Assembly (NCBI GenBank): GCA_020891255.1
Contig: BQFW01000004.1
Coordinates: forward strand, 1,984,001-2,048,000
Length of the DNA stretch: 64,000 bases
Reading direction: 5' to 3'
Origin: Entomortierella parvispora E1425
Taxonomy: Eukaryota > Fungi > Mortierellomycota
Shown: piece by piece, positions 11,370 to 26,153 of the stretch
How positions within the stretch are numbered: the first letter of the stretch is position 1
Layout of the letters: every line of letters starts with the position of its first letter
Position numbers and translations under genes: made by a program
Notes under the pieces: generated by a model
Databases searched by the model: none
Told to the model about the DNA's origin: nothing
The model's input: only the letters and a program-made list of their open reading frames with translations

Positions 11370-14300
11370 TCATGGCCGACCTACTCCCGCACCAAGAGTC
11401 TCTACCCGTTCCAGCAACAACACTTCATCTCCGTCTTCACCTTCATTCTCACCCTCATCCAACATGTCATCCTCCTCTTGGCCATTAATATCATCGCCAC
11501 CATCCTTGTGATCTTGTTCAAGTCGAACCTTGAGTGGGCGCATCGAAGGCAACCCTTCTTCGCCGGCCGTCCTCAATGGTCGAGGAGGGTGTTGATCCTG
11601 ACGCAAGTCCTGAAGGGCCTGAGTTCGCGCTTGGTTCATCTTGTGTTTTTGTCGTCGACGCTCGTGGATCCTTCCTTGTTCCTGAGCCCATTTCGCCACG
11701 GACTCTTCTCGCGTTTTTCGCTCGTCCTGCTCTCCTTCCCGCGCGCCCAATGTCCCTTCTTGGAGATTCAGACCAAGAGTTATCCCTCCCGCCGAAAGAA
11801 TCTCCCCTCGGACCAAGCTCAGGGTCGAGGCTTTGTCGTCCTGATCCTCAGGCTCGGGAGAAGGGACTCTTACTTTGTCACCGCCAGCGCCATGGTCGTT
11901 ATTTTGATCTCGTTTTACCATGACGGAGGGCAGCATCGTTGTCCTCACCGCAGTATGTCCTGCGACTGCCACGGGAGATGGCGGCAAATTGAATAAATCG
12001 TGCGAGGACTTGTAAGCCGAGATAACAGGGTACTGATGATAGTGATGTTCCTCCTCAAAGGCAGCATCAACATCCATAACATCTTCCACCGCCCTGGCTG
12101 GCTCGATTGCCGCATGATATTCTTTGGTCGACGGGGGTAGATTGAAAAGGTCGTGCGAGGACTGATAGGCAGAAATGACGGGATTATGGTGATGATGTTC
12201 CGCTTCATAGGCTTCGTCGACATCCATGATATCCTGGACTGCCTCGGTTGCAGCAGCAACTGCTTCCGACGCATGCGATTCGTGAGAAAGTAGCCTGGCA
12301 GAAGAAGGCATCGGATAGTAGGCTGGTCCACGCGCTAGATGTTGGACGGGTCGCGTTGGTTGAGCCACTTTTGTTTTGGTGGCGTCATGGTCCGGGTCGA
12401 CTTCTCGGATCCTGGTGGCGCGGACTGCATCCTCCGAGTCAGAACTACGATCTGAAAGGAAAGCGGTTTTTGTACTTGGGGTCAACAAAGGTGACAGCGG
12501 TGGAATGGATGAGGAAGTGTCACGCCCAGGATCGGTTTCACTAGGGGGATAGGGCGTTGGAGGTCTTTTTCTTGGGGGTGTATCGTTGGAGCGTTGATCC
12601 GAAAAGAGAGGGTGAGCCTGTTGTCCAATCGTGATCTTCTGCTGCGATCTTGTTCCATTCGAGAGAGTGGGTGTCACCATCCCAGTCATGGTTGACTTGA
12701 TTTGCTGTTGTATGCCTGTCACATCTCGAAAAATACTCTCTGTGGCATTTGGAGGTCGCTGAGAAATGACTGTGTGCAATATGGCTGGAGTGGCAGGAAA
12801 CTGGCGCAAAAGCAACTCTGTCTGAACCGAAGCCTCCATCTGAGCAACAGAATGTGGTAAAGATGACGAGGAGGACGTTGCTATGAGCTGTGGCAAAGAG
12901 TCGGTTTCTCCAGAGGAAGTGACTGTGGCAACACTGAACGTAGTGGCAGTGGTTGTAGCTCGCGATAGTCGGCTATCTCGGCTACTGATTGTCGTTGGCG
13001 GTGCAATTGAGATTTCAGGCACCGTTGCAGGAGCGATTACAAGGTGGCTTTGATATCCTTCGGCTTCGTCGTCTGAAGTCCTTGGATCATCTATTTCCAC
13101 GAGATGGGGGTCCTCGGGTCGAGGGTCTGATGGCTCGTCTGCGGTCTGGGGTATATGTGGAGTCTCTGGAGGAGATCTTGGTCGAGATTCTCGCGAGGCG
13201 CCGTTTGGAGACCGGAGAAGTCGAGGCAGACGCTCCGGAGAATCGCAAAGCGGCGCTTCCAAAATAGACGGTGGCTGGCTCTGGTGGAGAGAATATTCTG
13301 AGTTCCTGGACGGTTGGGATCCCAGACGTCCAACGAGACTTGCTGCACCAGGTTGTCCAGTAACGTCAGCTCGGCTATGATTCTCCGCTGTAAGTGCTGC
13401 TGCTGCTAGGGCCTCACTGGATGCTCCTCCTTGCTGGCTGCTCCCGGATCTGCCTTGAAGTTGGGTAGAGCGTATACGTTGAGTGCGACCTGATTGTCTA
13501 GAGTGCGACGAGCTCTGAGTTAAACGTGGTCCAAGCTCAGTTGCTATCTGGGAGCCACTCCCAAGGAAACTGTGCGGTGGTTTCGTCGAACGTGGAGAGT
13601 GAGAGTAAGAATGATGTTGCGCGTCCTGGTTATTGTAATCAAGATGGTTTTTGCCGCTTCCGTGACCATACTGATAGTAAGGGGGACCTTGTGGCTGTGG
13701 GTGAATGCGGCTGTCGCGGAAGGGGTATGGCGGTCTATGAGCTGCCCGACTGCCCTCTTTGGCCTTCCCATTAAAGTCATATTTGGCCTTGCACCAGCAC
13801 ATCGAGCTCATGAGGAAGATCCCTGCGATCGCAGCAGGCGTGTAGTTGAAATTGGACCGAGTCAATGGCAATGTCGAAGGAAGCATCAAGATCCCTGAGA
13901 GGAATAAGAGCCAAAGGACGGCAATGATGTTCAGCAGTCTAGAGAATGAGCCGAGTGAGAATGGTCCTGGAACATAACGGAGCTGGCCCTCCTTTGTTAA
14001 TCGCAGCCAGAGTGGTATTACTATATCACAAGAAATCCGCAGGAGTCAGCGTCTTTTGTTCACAAAAACGTAGCTGAAGAACATGAAAGCTTTCAACTTT
14101 TTTTTTTTTTTTTTACCGAAACTCAAGTTTGTGCTGACACAAGCGAGGCTTGCAATCCAGTTGAAAGCGTTGTTGTCGCCCCAGTAGAATGGAAATATGG
14201 CGGACATGCATGCGGCTGTGACCAGCCAGGAAATACGCTGGGCTGTCCTTCTTCGAGGATGGAGATGAGTCCAGTACGAGGATTTTGGAATTCCACCGTC

Positions 14301-15937
14301 GCGTGCGAATGAGAAGGCAACTCTAGTCGCTATTCCAAGGCGAATCAATCCTGTAAAAAAAACAGCCGTAAGGACCAACGATATAAAGACACTTCCGAGT
14401 GCCTTTCCCAAAGAGACCTGTTCAGTAGAAGCAGGCGGTCAGCAACGAACAGCAACGAATTAAAAAAAAAGAGATTGAAAATCACTTTTACGCACCAATA
14501 TGACCCGGACGGCCGGAACAGGTTCGTCCAGAAGTCCTTTCATAGGCAGAAGAATACCATAGTTTAGAGCTATGACTAACGGTAAACCAAGGATAAGGCT
14601 GAGGAAGCTCGTCCCTGCTGTAATGCGTGGAATCGTTCGTTCTGGTCGACGACACTCTTCAGACTACAGACAGACAGAAAAATTGCAAAAGGAGGTTAGC
14701 ACAATCTACTGTCTTTGTCGGCACTCTCGGTAATGGAGTACCAGCCTCTGCTTACCATCCGCACGACAGTGTCTTGAGGACAAAACACAAAAGAGGCCAT
14801 CAATGTACTGCTGAGTCCTGCATATAATGCGCTGGAGCTTCCCGAGTAATTCAAATAGGTCGAGAACGGGATGTTGATGAAAGAGGCGTCGATCGGTGAA
14901 GACATTATGATCAGGTTCGCTAGCGCCACTACGGTTCCCATAATGAAGAGGCCTGTATTCGCTCAATTGTGGTTATTAGAAAGTCATCAGTAAACAACTC
15001 TATCTCTGTGACCAGAGCTGGCACGATTTACTGTCCTTGTTGTGGCTTAACTAACCTCCCATCGTAGAAATATAACCAAGGCCGCGGATAGGGAGCAGGT
15101 TAAAGGCCTGCCAGAACAGCACAGCACCTAGGTGGAACATGACCAGCATCCCCGGAGTAGACGAGACCTTGTGCATCGACAGCAAGATTTGGCCCAGGAT
15201 CGATGAGAAATAGAATGCTACTGAGGATGCTGACGCAACCTAGTGGTTCGCCGCACAATGAGGAACGTTAATATATCTATTCCATTCCCAATAGCATCGT
15301 TTTGTCTTTTGCGTTTTGCGCCGATTTACCGAACTGGCAATGGTGAGCCATCCAGTCAGCCAGGTCAAGAAGGCCCTTTGATGTGCAGACCCCAATTGGA
15401 AAACCCAGTGGTGGATCCCTGCAGTGGTTGGGTAGGCAGAAGCAAGCTCTGCAATACATAGGCTGACAAGTATGGACATGGAACCGACGGCGATATAGCT
15501 CCAAGTTGCCCATGCTGGCCCACCATTGGTAAGAGGAAGACCATACAGGGCAACGATCCCACAGAGAACGTTGCTGGCTGTCACCATTATCCCCATCAGA
15601 GTGATCCATGAAAGCCTCCTGGACAAGACCTAACAAAACCAAGCCGTCAAGCCAATCGGTTAGAGGCTACTAAAGATCAACTGGATGAAAAACAACATTG
15701 ATTGTAGGAGGAACTTGCAGGTTTGTAGCCTAGAGAGATGAGGTTGTAGTCGTCAAGGGTCATAAGAGAAGGCGCTGAGCGGACAACCCTGGTGGACATG
15801 GATGGACGTCCTATGGAGGAATTGTTGTCGCTCGAGTCCGGTTCTTTTTGATATTGAGTCATCATAATTGAAGAACTTGAATACGTTGATGCATCGGGTC
15901 TAAGATATGCTGGCTCGAGAGAATGTAGGGGGTGCAT
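11370..15937 (-). CDS. APC-superfamily amino-acid/GABA/polyamine permease (UGA4/TPO5/HNM1-like) with a ~800-aa C-terminal cytosolic extension
   Basis: Motifs: LGYKP|VLSRRLSW, NGGPAWATW, AELASAYPTTAGIHHW, RVAFSFARDGGIP, GPFSLG and NFNYTPAAIAGIFLMSSMCW. The last exon is open from the acceptor near 14020 to the stop at 11370. Confidence 0.88.
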
Positions 15938-17204
15938 TTTATGTTAGCGTTGCTTTCTATCGGGAGCGACGATGATGTGAAGGTGGTCAATGAAGTGGAA
16001 AGCTAAGGGCCGAAAGAAGGCGAAAACAACGGGAGTAGAGGTGCCACGGATTAGATATTGGACATTGTCCAAAGTCAAGCTGGCGGGAAGCAAGAAGAGA
16101 AGAAGGACGGTTGGAAGGCACATGAGGGCTATCCATCAAAAGCGACGGGATCAACAGGAAAACAAAAGCATTCGCCCGTTGAGGGATCAACTGGTGGCCT
16201 TCAGCAAAGTACAGCAGCAGTAGCACCTTTGCGCTTGCCGTTTCGTAGGAGGAGAACAGAAGATGAAGAGAAGGATGGACTCTCTCCCTCTCTCTTTCTC
16301 TTCTCGTTCTCTTCACTCTCTTCTGTCCCTCCTTGTCCTCTCTGCTTTCCTGACGAAGGGAGAAAAGTACTGAAGGAAGAGCGAAAATAGGAACGACACG
16401 CGACGAGCTTGCGCACAGGCCCTTGTGTTTTTTGTTTTTTCTCGTCCTCATTCATTCACATTCTCTCTCATTCCGTAAGCTACATTGAATGCCGGTACGC
16501 GAGAATGTCGGAACTATCCAATTGCCATCACCAAAAGTAATCATTCAAATGAATACGCGACCTCCAAGCGCATGCAGCAAAATGCCAGAATGCCAGAACT
16601 CTGCACGTGCCAATTTCGGAGGGCAGCAAGAGGGCAGAAAGAGGATCAGTCACTTTCTGGAAAGTGTATACTTTTGAAATATGTCACAAGGTCCCCAACT
16701 GTCTGCTTGGGAAGGTAAAGGTTGAAACAGCCAATGATTTATCAAGAGCTTCAAGAAGGAAGCTGGTCGCGAGGACGTGCCTTTGAGAGACAAACTATGT
16801 ATTCAACGCATGCCAGCGCTTCTCGTTCCAAGAAACATTAAAACATTGGAGTACGGGAACTCTTTGAAAAATGTGCTTTTATTTGATGGCATGTGCATGA
16901 AAATGAATGGGTGGGTGGGGGTATTGTGTGTAAAGATACGAAGACTCCGTCTCTTTGTGTCGTTGTGGTCTATTCTAGGTGTCAAGGTGATATTTTGAAG
17001 ATGTTGATTGATGCTCATCGGATCCAGCCGCGTTTTTTTTTGGTTTTTTTTTGGTTTTTTTTCTGTGTCATCTTTGAATCTGTCGTCATGTCGCGGTCAA
17101 GAACTCTTCTGGCAGTTTGACCCGGCGCTTTGAAAAACGAAGTGAAGAAGAGCAGATGTGCGAACGAAAGACTGTGTCCTCTTTTCTTTCGCGCTCTAAA
17201 GATC

Positions 17205-20200
17205 TTACTCGTCATCAAAGCACCAGAGCTCTATCCTGTCCAATGTGCCCATAGTCTCCAAATGAACCTGTTGTGCCATCAACCAATCCTCGTCATCAAT
17301 CATCGAGAGCATGTGCTGGTCCTCATCCTTGTACTTCAGCTTGAGAGGTCGATCTGACTGGAACTTGTCCTGAACCTTTTGAAGCAACTCCTGCAGGGGT
17401 GTATCTGCTCGGATCAAAACCGCCCGTGTATCCGTGTAATGACATTTGACCCGCAGCTAAAATGACATCAAATGAATGGAACGAGATACCTCGTTAATAA
17501 AACAAAAGCTAGGGGTCAACAGCAAGAAACAGAACAAGTAAATTTGATTTTTTACCTTATCACGAAGTCCAGCATAGACAGGCTCGTCCAAATATCCCGA
17601 TGGCTGATAATGCTGAACATTTGGTTGCTGATGAGCATGGTAGTTGCCACCTGATCCAGAAGCCGCGCTCCGAATGCTATCATCGCGACGAAGTTTGTTG
17701 GGTCCACTGCTGGTACTGCTGACAGTGCTGGTGTTGCTTCCCATGCGGCGGAGATCATTGAGTGGTGTCATGGATCGACTGGGAGGACTGCTCTGGCCAT
17801 TCGAGATTGACGAAGGAGGGGAAGGTCCAGCGGTTGGCAGACGGTGGTTCAACAGGGGGCGACTTGTGCCACTATTGCCTCCGTAGGCTCTTTGGGTGGA
17901 ACGTGTATCCGAAACTGTAAACTCCTGGGTGTCAATCGTCAAAGCATAGACGTGTTGATCAATGTCATCCAATTCATCCTCATATTGAGATGCCTGCTGT
18001 TGTTGTTTTTTCTCCGACTTGTTGCTATCGCTCCGTTCTAGATTCGAGTTTCCAGACAAATTCAAGGGCGCCGGTCTTTGAGCATCCGTGTTGCGTCTGG
18101 ACAAAAGTGAAACCCTCGGCTCAGAACCAGCTGAGGTGAGGGAAGATACAGAATTTTGACCGAGAGGTGAAGCACCGGACCCTGTTGCCAACATCTGAGC
18201 TCGTCTTGCGGAGATATCCAAGCCACTGAAAGACGCCGCATGCTCCAGTTGAGGTCTTTCCGGATCTGTGCCACGTCTAGCTCGTCCACTCGCGCCCATC
18301 CCGACAACACGCTCCGTGGCTCTGCGTTGAAGAGCTATTCCAGTTCACGGGAACAGATTAAGAGAGTGAGACAGAGCAAACAAAAATCAGTCAGTACAAA
18401 GCAGGAAATATGGGGGAGGATGAGGGGATGTCCCATCCCAGAAATAGAAGCCCATCCCGTTTGGACCTCTGGTTTTGAACGTGAAGGGTAAAAACAAGTT
18501 CTAAGAATAAACCTCAAAAAAGAAGAAAAAAAGTCCACGCCACATCTAGAGGGAAAACACCTGTTGTTTTGTTGTTGAAAGATGAAGGGCGCCCTCGCAC
18601 ACACCCCCAGTCTCCTGGACACCCTCAATACGGAGCATTTCTGCAATGCCCACCAGCTGAGAGCACAAAACAACATCCACCCACAATCCTTGCATGTTTC
18701 TGCTCCCAGCTCAGCTTCAACTCTTTTGTCGCTCCAAATTAAATTTCAAACAGAGAGCACCAGACAAACGCTGGGCAAACGGAGTGGGTGTCCCAGGAAA
18801 TGGCTCCAAAACAAAACACAGGTGAGAAAACGAGAGCGCCATCGAGATGGTTTACAAATCATGCCTATCCACCCAGAATGGAAGTACATCCATAGAAATA
18901 GAGAGAATGATCATGATCCAGATCACCCAATCCGCCAGAAGAAATAGACAAAAAGTAGTAATAAAAATAACAGAAAAGCCCCAGAAGGCACTTACCATTA
19001 GGTGGTGTCATGGGCCTAGGGTCCTCAACCGCGGCAACGTTTGTAGGTCCACTCATCTGAACCTGCCATGCAGACTTGCCCTGGAATCCTGCAAATGAGT
19101 CCGAGGCGTCGATAGCCGCAATCACTTTTGAATTACCCAAGTAATCCTTCTTTTTTGAGTTTTTGACTTTGGACTCTGGTGGTCGATAAAGGACTCCCTG
19201 AGGAACTGTGAAGACTGTGCAGTCCTGTCCACGGTCCCTCAACGCCTGGTCCAGCACATCGTGGGCTTTGGTCTGCTTCTCCCGGGTAGCGCGCCAGAGA
19301 TCGGTCATTCCCAGATCCATCTCGCCACATTCGATATAGCACAGTCCGCGGTTGAAGAGAACCTGGCACGAATACAATTTAAAGTCCAGCCCAAGTTGTG
19401 TGTAGTCGATCACCATGTTGCCTCGCAAATACTATGGTCAGGATATGCAAGGAGGGAGGATGTTTGTCAGTTTTCATGTTTGCCACATAGCCATCAGTAG
19501 GATGGACGTGAGGCTCTCGCCTTTGGAGTTTGTTTCCTGCTTTTGGTTCTTCCAATCTTCCATAGAGGATTGCCAAAGAATAAGAACAAAAAAAAGGCAA
19601 AGAATAACATTGCCTCCCTACTCCCCAGTAAAAAAAAAAAATAAATAAAAAAAAAGGCAATGGAGGGAGACGCAACAGACAAAGAGGAAAAAAAAGGAGG
19701 GTCCTTTGGGATTGAAAGGAGATGTTGTGTGTGTGTGAGTCTGAACCTACCAAAAAGGCATCGTGGAAACAGCTGAGTGCCTTGGCATAGTCCTCCAGGG
19801 CCACGTTGGCGACTCCGTTTTGAAAGTAGGCGATGGCGAGATACTGATCCAGCTTGGTTGCTTCCGTGTAGGCATCACTCTGCAGTATACAAAAAAACAC
19901 AAAGCAGAAAACGGGATGAGTTTGACGTAAGAATCGTTCGTGTCTCTCGAGGAGGCCCGCCTCCTTTTCGACGACTGTTGGCCCGTTTGCCTCTGTCGCG
20001 ACCCTCCCTTTCTCGCAACCGGGCTGTTCTCCCTTTGAAACAGTCGGGCAGTAAGAAAAGTGAGGCAAGGGAAAGAAAGGGCCTGTTTCGCTCCCCCTCT
20101 CCTCCCCTCTGCCGCACAGCGTCTGGCTCCAATGGGGGGAGCAAGCAGCCCACAGGGCAGCAGACAGCAGCAGCGGTATGCAGTAAGCAAAGTCAGCCAA

Positions 20201-20612
20201 GGCCAAGGCAAAAAAAAAAAACAAACGTCGCATTAACTTACCGCTCCCACAAAGTCGCCCAAAGTGGCCAGGACCACGCCGATGTTGAAATGGATCTTGG
20301 CGGAGTCTGCGATGGGCTAAAGATAAAAGGGCAAAGGCGAGACATTGATTAAGGGACCGAGGCACAGACACAGTACCGACAGACAAAAATAAACCCAGGG
20401 CCAGGGGCACTTGCCCAGGGCACTTGCCCAGGGCACCCGTGGGCGCACAGCACTCCGCTGTCCATAGTCAGTCTGTCAGTCCAAAGACTGACAAACAGCC
20501 CATGACAATGAGGACATGAATGGGATGCCATGCAGCCTCATCCCACCTCCATGGCTGTGCATAGACCACATGCCTCCCCTTTGCGGACCCGCCAAAGCGT
20601 GGTGTAACGACC

Positions 20613-20643
<31 letters not shown>

Positions 20644-21024
20644 AAAGCGCCGTTGGTCTCCTGCTGTCGACTTGGCCTCTCTCTCTTTCTCTCTCCCCTT
20701 TGTGTGTGTTGTGTGCATGGGTTGCATGCGTGTGTGAGTTGTACGTGCGTTGTGTCCTGCACTGTCTGACCAGGCCCTGCTGTTCCTTTCTGCAAGTGGT
20801 TCTCTGAATCAGAAGCAATGAGCGTCGTCCTTACCTCAAAGATCTCGAGCGCGTCCTCGTACAGACCCTGGTCGAATGCAATGACGCCTTCATTCCACTG
20901 GTCGAGTTCGTACTACGAATGGAGGGATTGACACAGGGGAATCAGAATGGGTGAGTGCATGGGCGACGGAAAGGGTGTGGAACAAAGAACGGTGCTGCGA
21001 AAGCACTACCTTTAGACCAGCCAT
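17205..21024 (-). CDS. noxR: NoxR / p67phox-like NADPH oxidase regulator (TPR repeats plus C-terminal PB1)
   Basis: Spliced MAGLK|YELDQWNEGVIAFD...|PIADSAKIHFNIG...|KLDQYLAIAYFQNG...|LRGNMVIDYTQLGLDFKLYSCQVLFNRGL...YRPPESKVKN. The PB1 domain reads RVKCHY...KLKYKDED...MIDDED. Confidence 0.92.
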
Positions 21025-21174
21025 TTAGAGTTGTCGATAAAGTGAAAGCAAGAGGGGAAGAGGGAGGGAGAGAAAGAGAGTCAAGAAGCGAGGAAGGGAG
21101 AGATGTAAGGACGGGGAGGGATGACAACGAGCAGAGGAAGTGAGGGAAGGAGTGAGTGAGAGAGTGAGCAAGAG

Positions 21175-21176
<2 letters not shown>

Positions 21177-21228
<52 letters not shown>
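21177..21228 (+). repeat. (AG)n microsatellite upstream of noxR
   Basis: Long agagag run read directly. Confidence 0.9.
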
Positions 21229-21230
<2 letters not shown>

Positions 21231-21845
21231 GGAATGAATGATCGACAAAGGACAAAGAAAAAAAGAGGGTCAGAAAGAAGCTGGAAAGCAAGGAATCTAA
21301 AGAAAGAAAGGGAAGAAAAAGATGGCGGTTCCTGGCTGCCGTCCCTCGGATCGTTCCCTGCCTGTGTAATGAAAACCTGATGGGCTGTTGGCCGTATGCA
21401 TCTGCACCCATCTCTGCATCGCCTTCCTCTCCTTCTGTCGCTCTCTCGCTCTCTCTCCCCCCTCTCTCCTCTCCATAAGAACCACCTCCGCCCTCGCAAC
21501 CACTTTTCCGCTCACAAAAAAGAACAAATGAACCCATCGACCCACACAATCACAACCACAGTCAGTGCATCAAAGTAACATATAATACTCACACTCATTC
21601 TTCTCCCATCACTTTTGTCTACATATATGTCTATCCTCTCTCTGCTCCATGCTACTTCATTCATCAAGACAAGACAAGGCTAAGGCGGGGCTCTCGTGGC
21701 TGTCTCAAACACGTCTGTATGTTCCTCTTCCTCGCAATGCCCCTCGTTTGTGTGAGACCCGGGTTTGAAGATGTGGACAAATTGAACAAAGACACAAAAT
21801 GAACAGACTGAAATGAGAGAGCACCCATCGTTGCTCTCGTTGTAT

Positions 21846-21870
21846 TGCACTGCACTGCACTGCACTGCAT
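21846..21870 (-). repeat. (GTGCA)5 microsatellite on the minus strand
   Basis: Plus strand tgcactgcactgcactgcactgcat. Confidence 0.9.
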
Positions 21871-22142
21871 CCGCGTCTGCTTGACCCTGGCAAAGAACAG
21901 AAGGGGGAAGGGATAATTCGATTTGATCGAACCATTTGTTGCGAAGTTCGCATGCCTAGAAAGGGGGAGAGGATTGATTCCTCTGTTAACTTTAGCCTCT
22001 GTCGCAAAATAGCCCCCCAGGAGGAAACAAACGTTTTGTCTTTGTTTTTTTTTTTGTTCCACACAGCGAACAAGACGTCCTAGATGATTCCTTTTAGATG
22101 TTTCTTTACAACTTATTTATTTTACAAGTACATGTACATGCG

Positions 22143-24747
<2,605 letters not shown>

Positions 24748-25287
24748 GATGCTTGTTTGAGGGCCAGGGAGCAATGAAGACTGTCCGAGGCGAAGGAAAT
24801 GCACAGGTCTGTCTAGTCCGAACGGGAGAATCGAACAACGCTGGGAGACAAGACGGGTAAACGAGAATAGGAGGAGGGGGAACGGAAGGGCGAAGGGTGA
24901 AGGGAATGAGAGAGAGGGAGAGAGAGAAAGGATGGGTGGATGAATGGAATGAATGGAATGAGAAAGGGGGGCAAAGAGAGATTTCTGCGTTGAAGAAAAA
25001 AGGGTGGACAAAATAAAGACAAAGGCTGCCGCGCAAAAGTGAGAGCGCCTCCTTGTCCCAGGGGCTGAGACGTCAATCGAAAAGGCCCGCCTCTCTCAGT
25101 TGACATTTTCGTCGTTGGCTCATTTGCCAAACGACACTTTTGCCACCACAACAGAAGCACTGCGCCCATGGATGTTAGCAATGGTATTTTTACTCACTAC
25201 GGATGATGGAGAACTGACTATGTACATGGAGAGGCCCTCTCCGTGGGGCAGACTAGCTCGCTAATATTTTTTGTGTCTTGGCCGTTA

Positions 25288-26153
25288 TTACTCAAAGTGA
25301 GCGTAGTGACCCTTCTCCTTCCGCTGACACCGCTCACAGTTGGGTCGATACCCTATCACGATATTGAGTCGGCCAGACCCGCCTGGCTTTGACTCTGTTT
25401 TTGAGCTCTTAATCGTGGGCACATTGTTGACACTACTGATGCCGTTGCTTTCCATGGTATGGAAACTAGGTCCACAGGAAGAGGACCTCGCGTGGGCAAC
25501 ACTCATTAAAGGATATCCGTTTTTTGAGCTGCATGAACTGTCCTTGTCTCCGATATCCATGCCCATTTCCTGTGTCAACCTACTGTGCCCATGGCCATGG
25601 AATGGTGGTGCATGATCCCATGAGTGACTAGAGGGCGAATTTGGTATTGATCTAGACATCCCAGACATGCTTGGGCCACTATGACCACCTTTAGAGTCGG
25701 CGCCTGATATTGCATTTACCCCATAATATGTCTGTCCTTCAAATCCGGACATGACCCTTGGATGTGGTGTCGGATATGGAGATCCCGCTGGGGAAGCAAG
25801 GGATCCACTCCAGCCCAGGATTCCCTGTGTGATTGATTCCATGTCAGCATGATGTCTCTGGCGAATAAAAAGACAGGGTGATTAACTTCTACTCGCCCGT
25901 GGTATTTGCTCCCACTTTTGGAAACACTCAGAAAAAAAGCCTGGGACTATTGGCTCACCTTGACGCCATGCAATCCATCCTCGTCATCCTCGATTGAGGG
26001 TCCGCGCTTTCGTGACAACAACTGGAGGCCTTCTGATGCAGACTTTGGATCCTGATGCTGTTGAGACATAGGAAAGACGTTCCAGGAAGGAAAAGGACCG
26101 AGGTTATGCTGCTGTTGGTAACTCTGATCCTGAGCGAGGCATCCGTGCTGCAT
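25288..26153 (-). CDS. Hypothetical low-complexity protein ending in a GYRxxCxxC-x6-HxxH motif
   Basis: Two exons. The phase-0 intron 25958-25858 (GTGAGC...CAG) joins ...LHGVK to RHHADMESIT. The C-terminus is GYRPNCERCQRKEKGHYAHFE. ATG 26153 is the first true ATG in frame. Confidence 0.72.

Noticed and set aside
11193-13898. Plus-strand ORFs of 80-270 aa opposite the permease tail, and similar shadows opposite VIP1, CK1 and the CBM21 gene
   Set aside because: Antisense shadows of real coding sequence, with no independent motifs or splice support
19379-21549. Long minus-strand ORFs of 343, 185 and 174 aa around noxR
   Set aside because: They are read-through of noxR introns or (AG)n/CT tracts. 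Only short internal segments are real exons.
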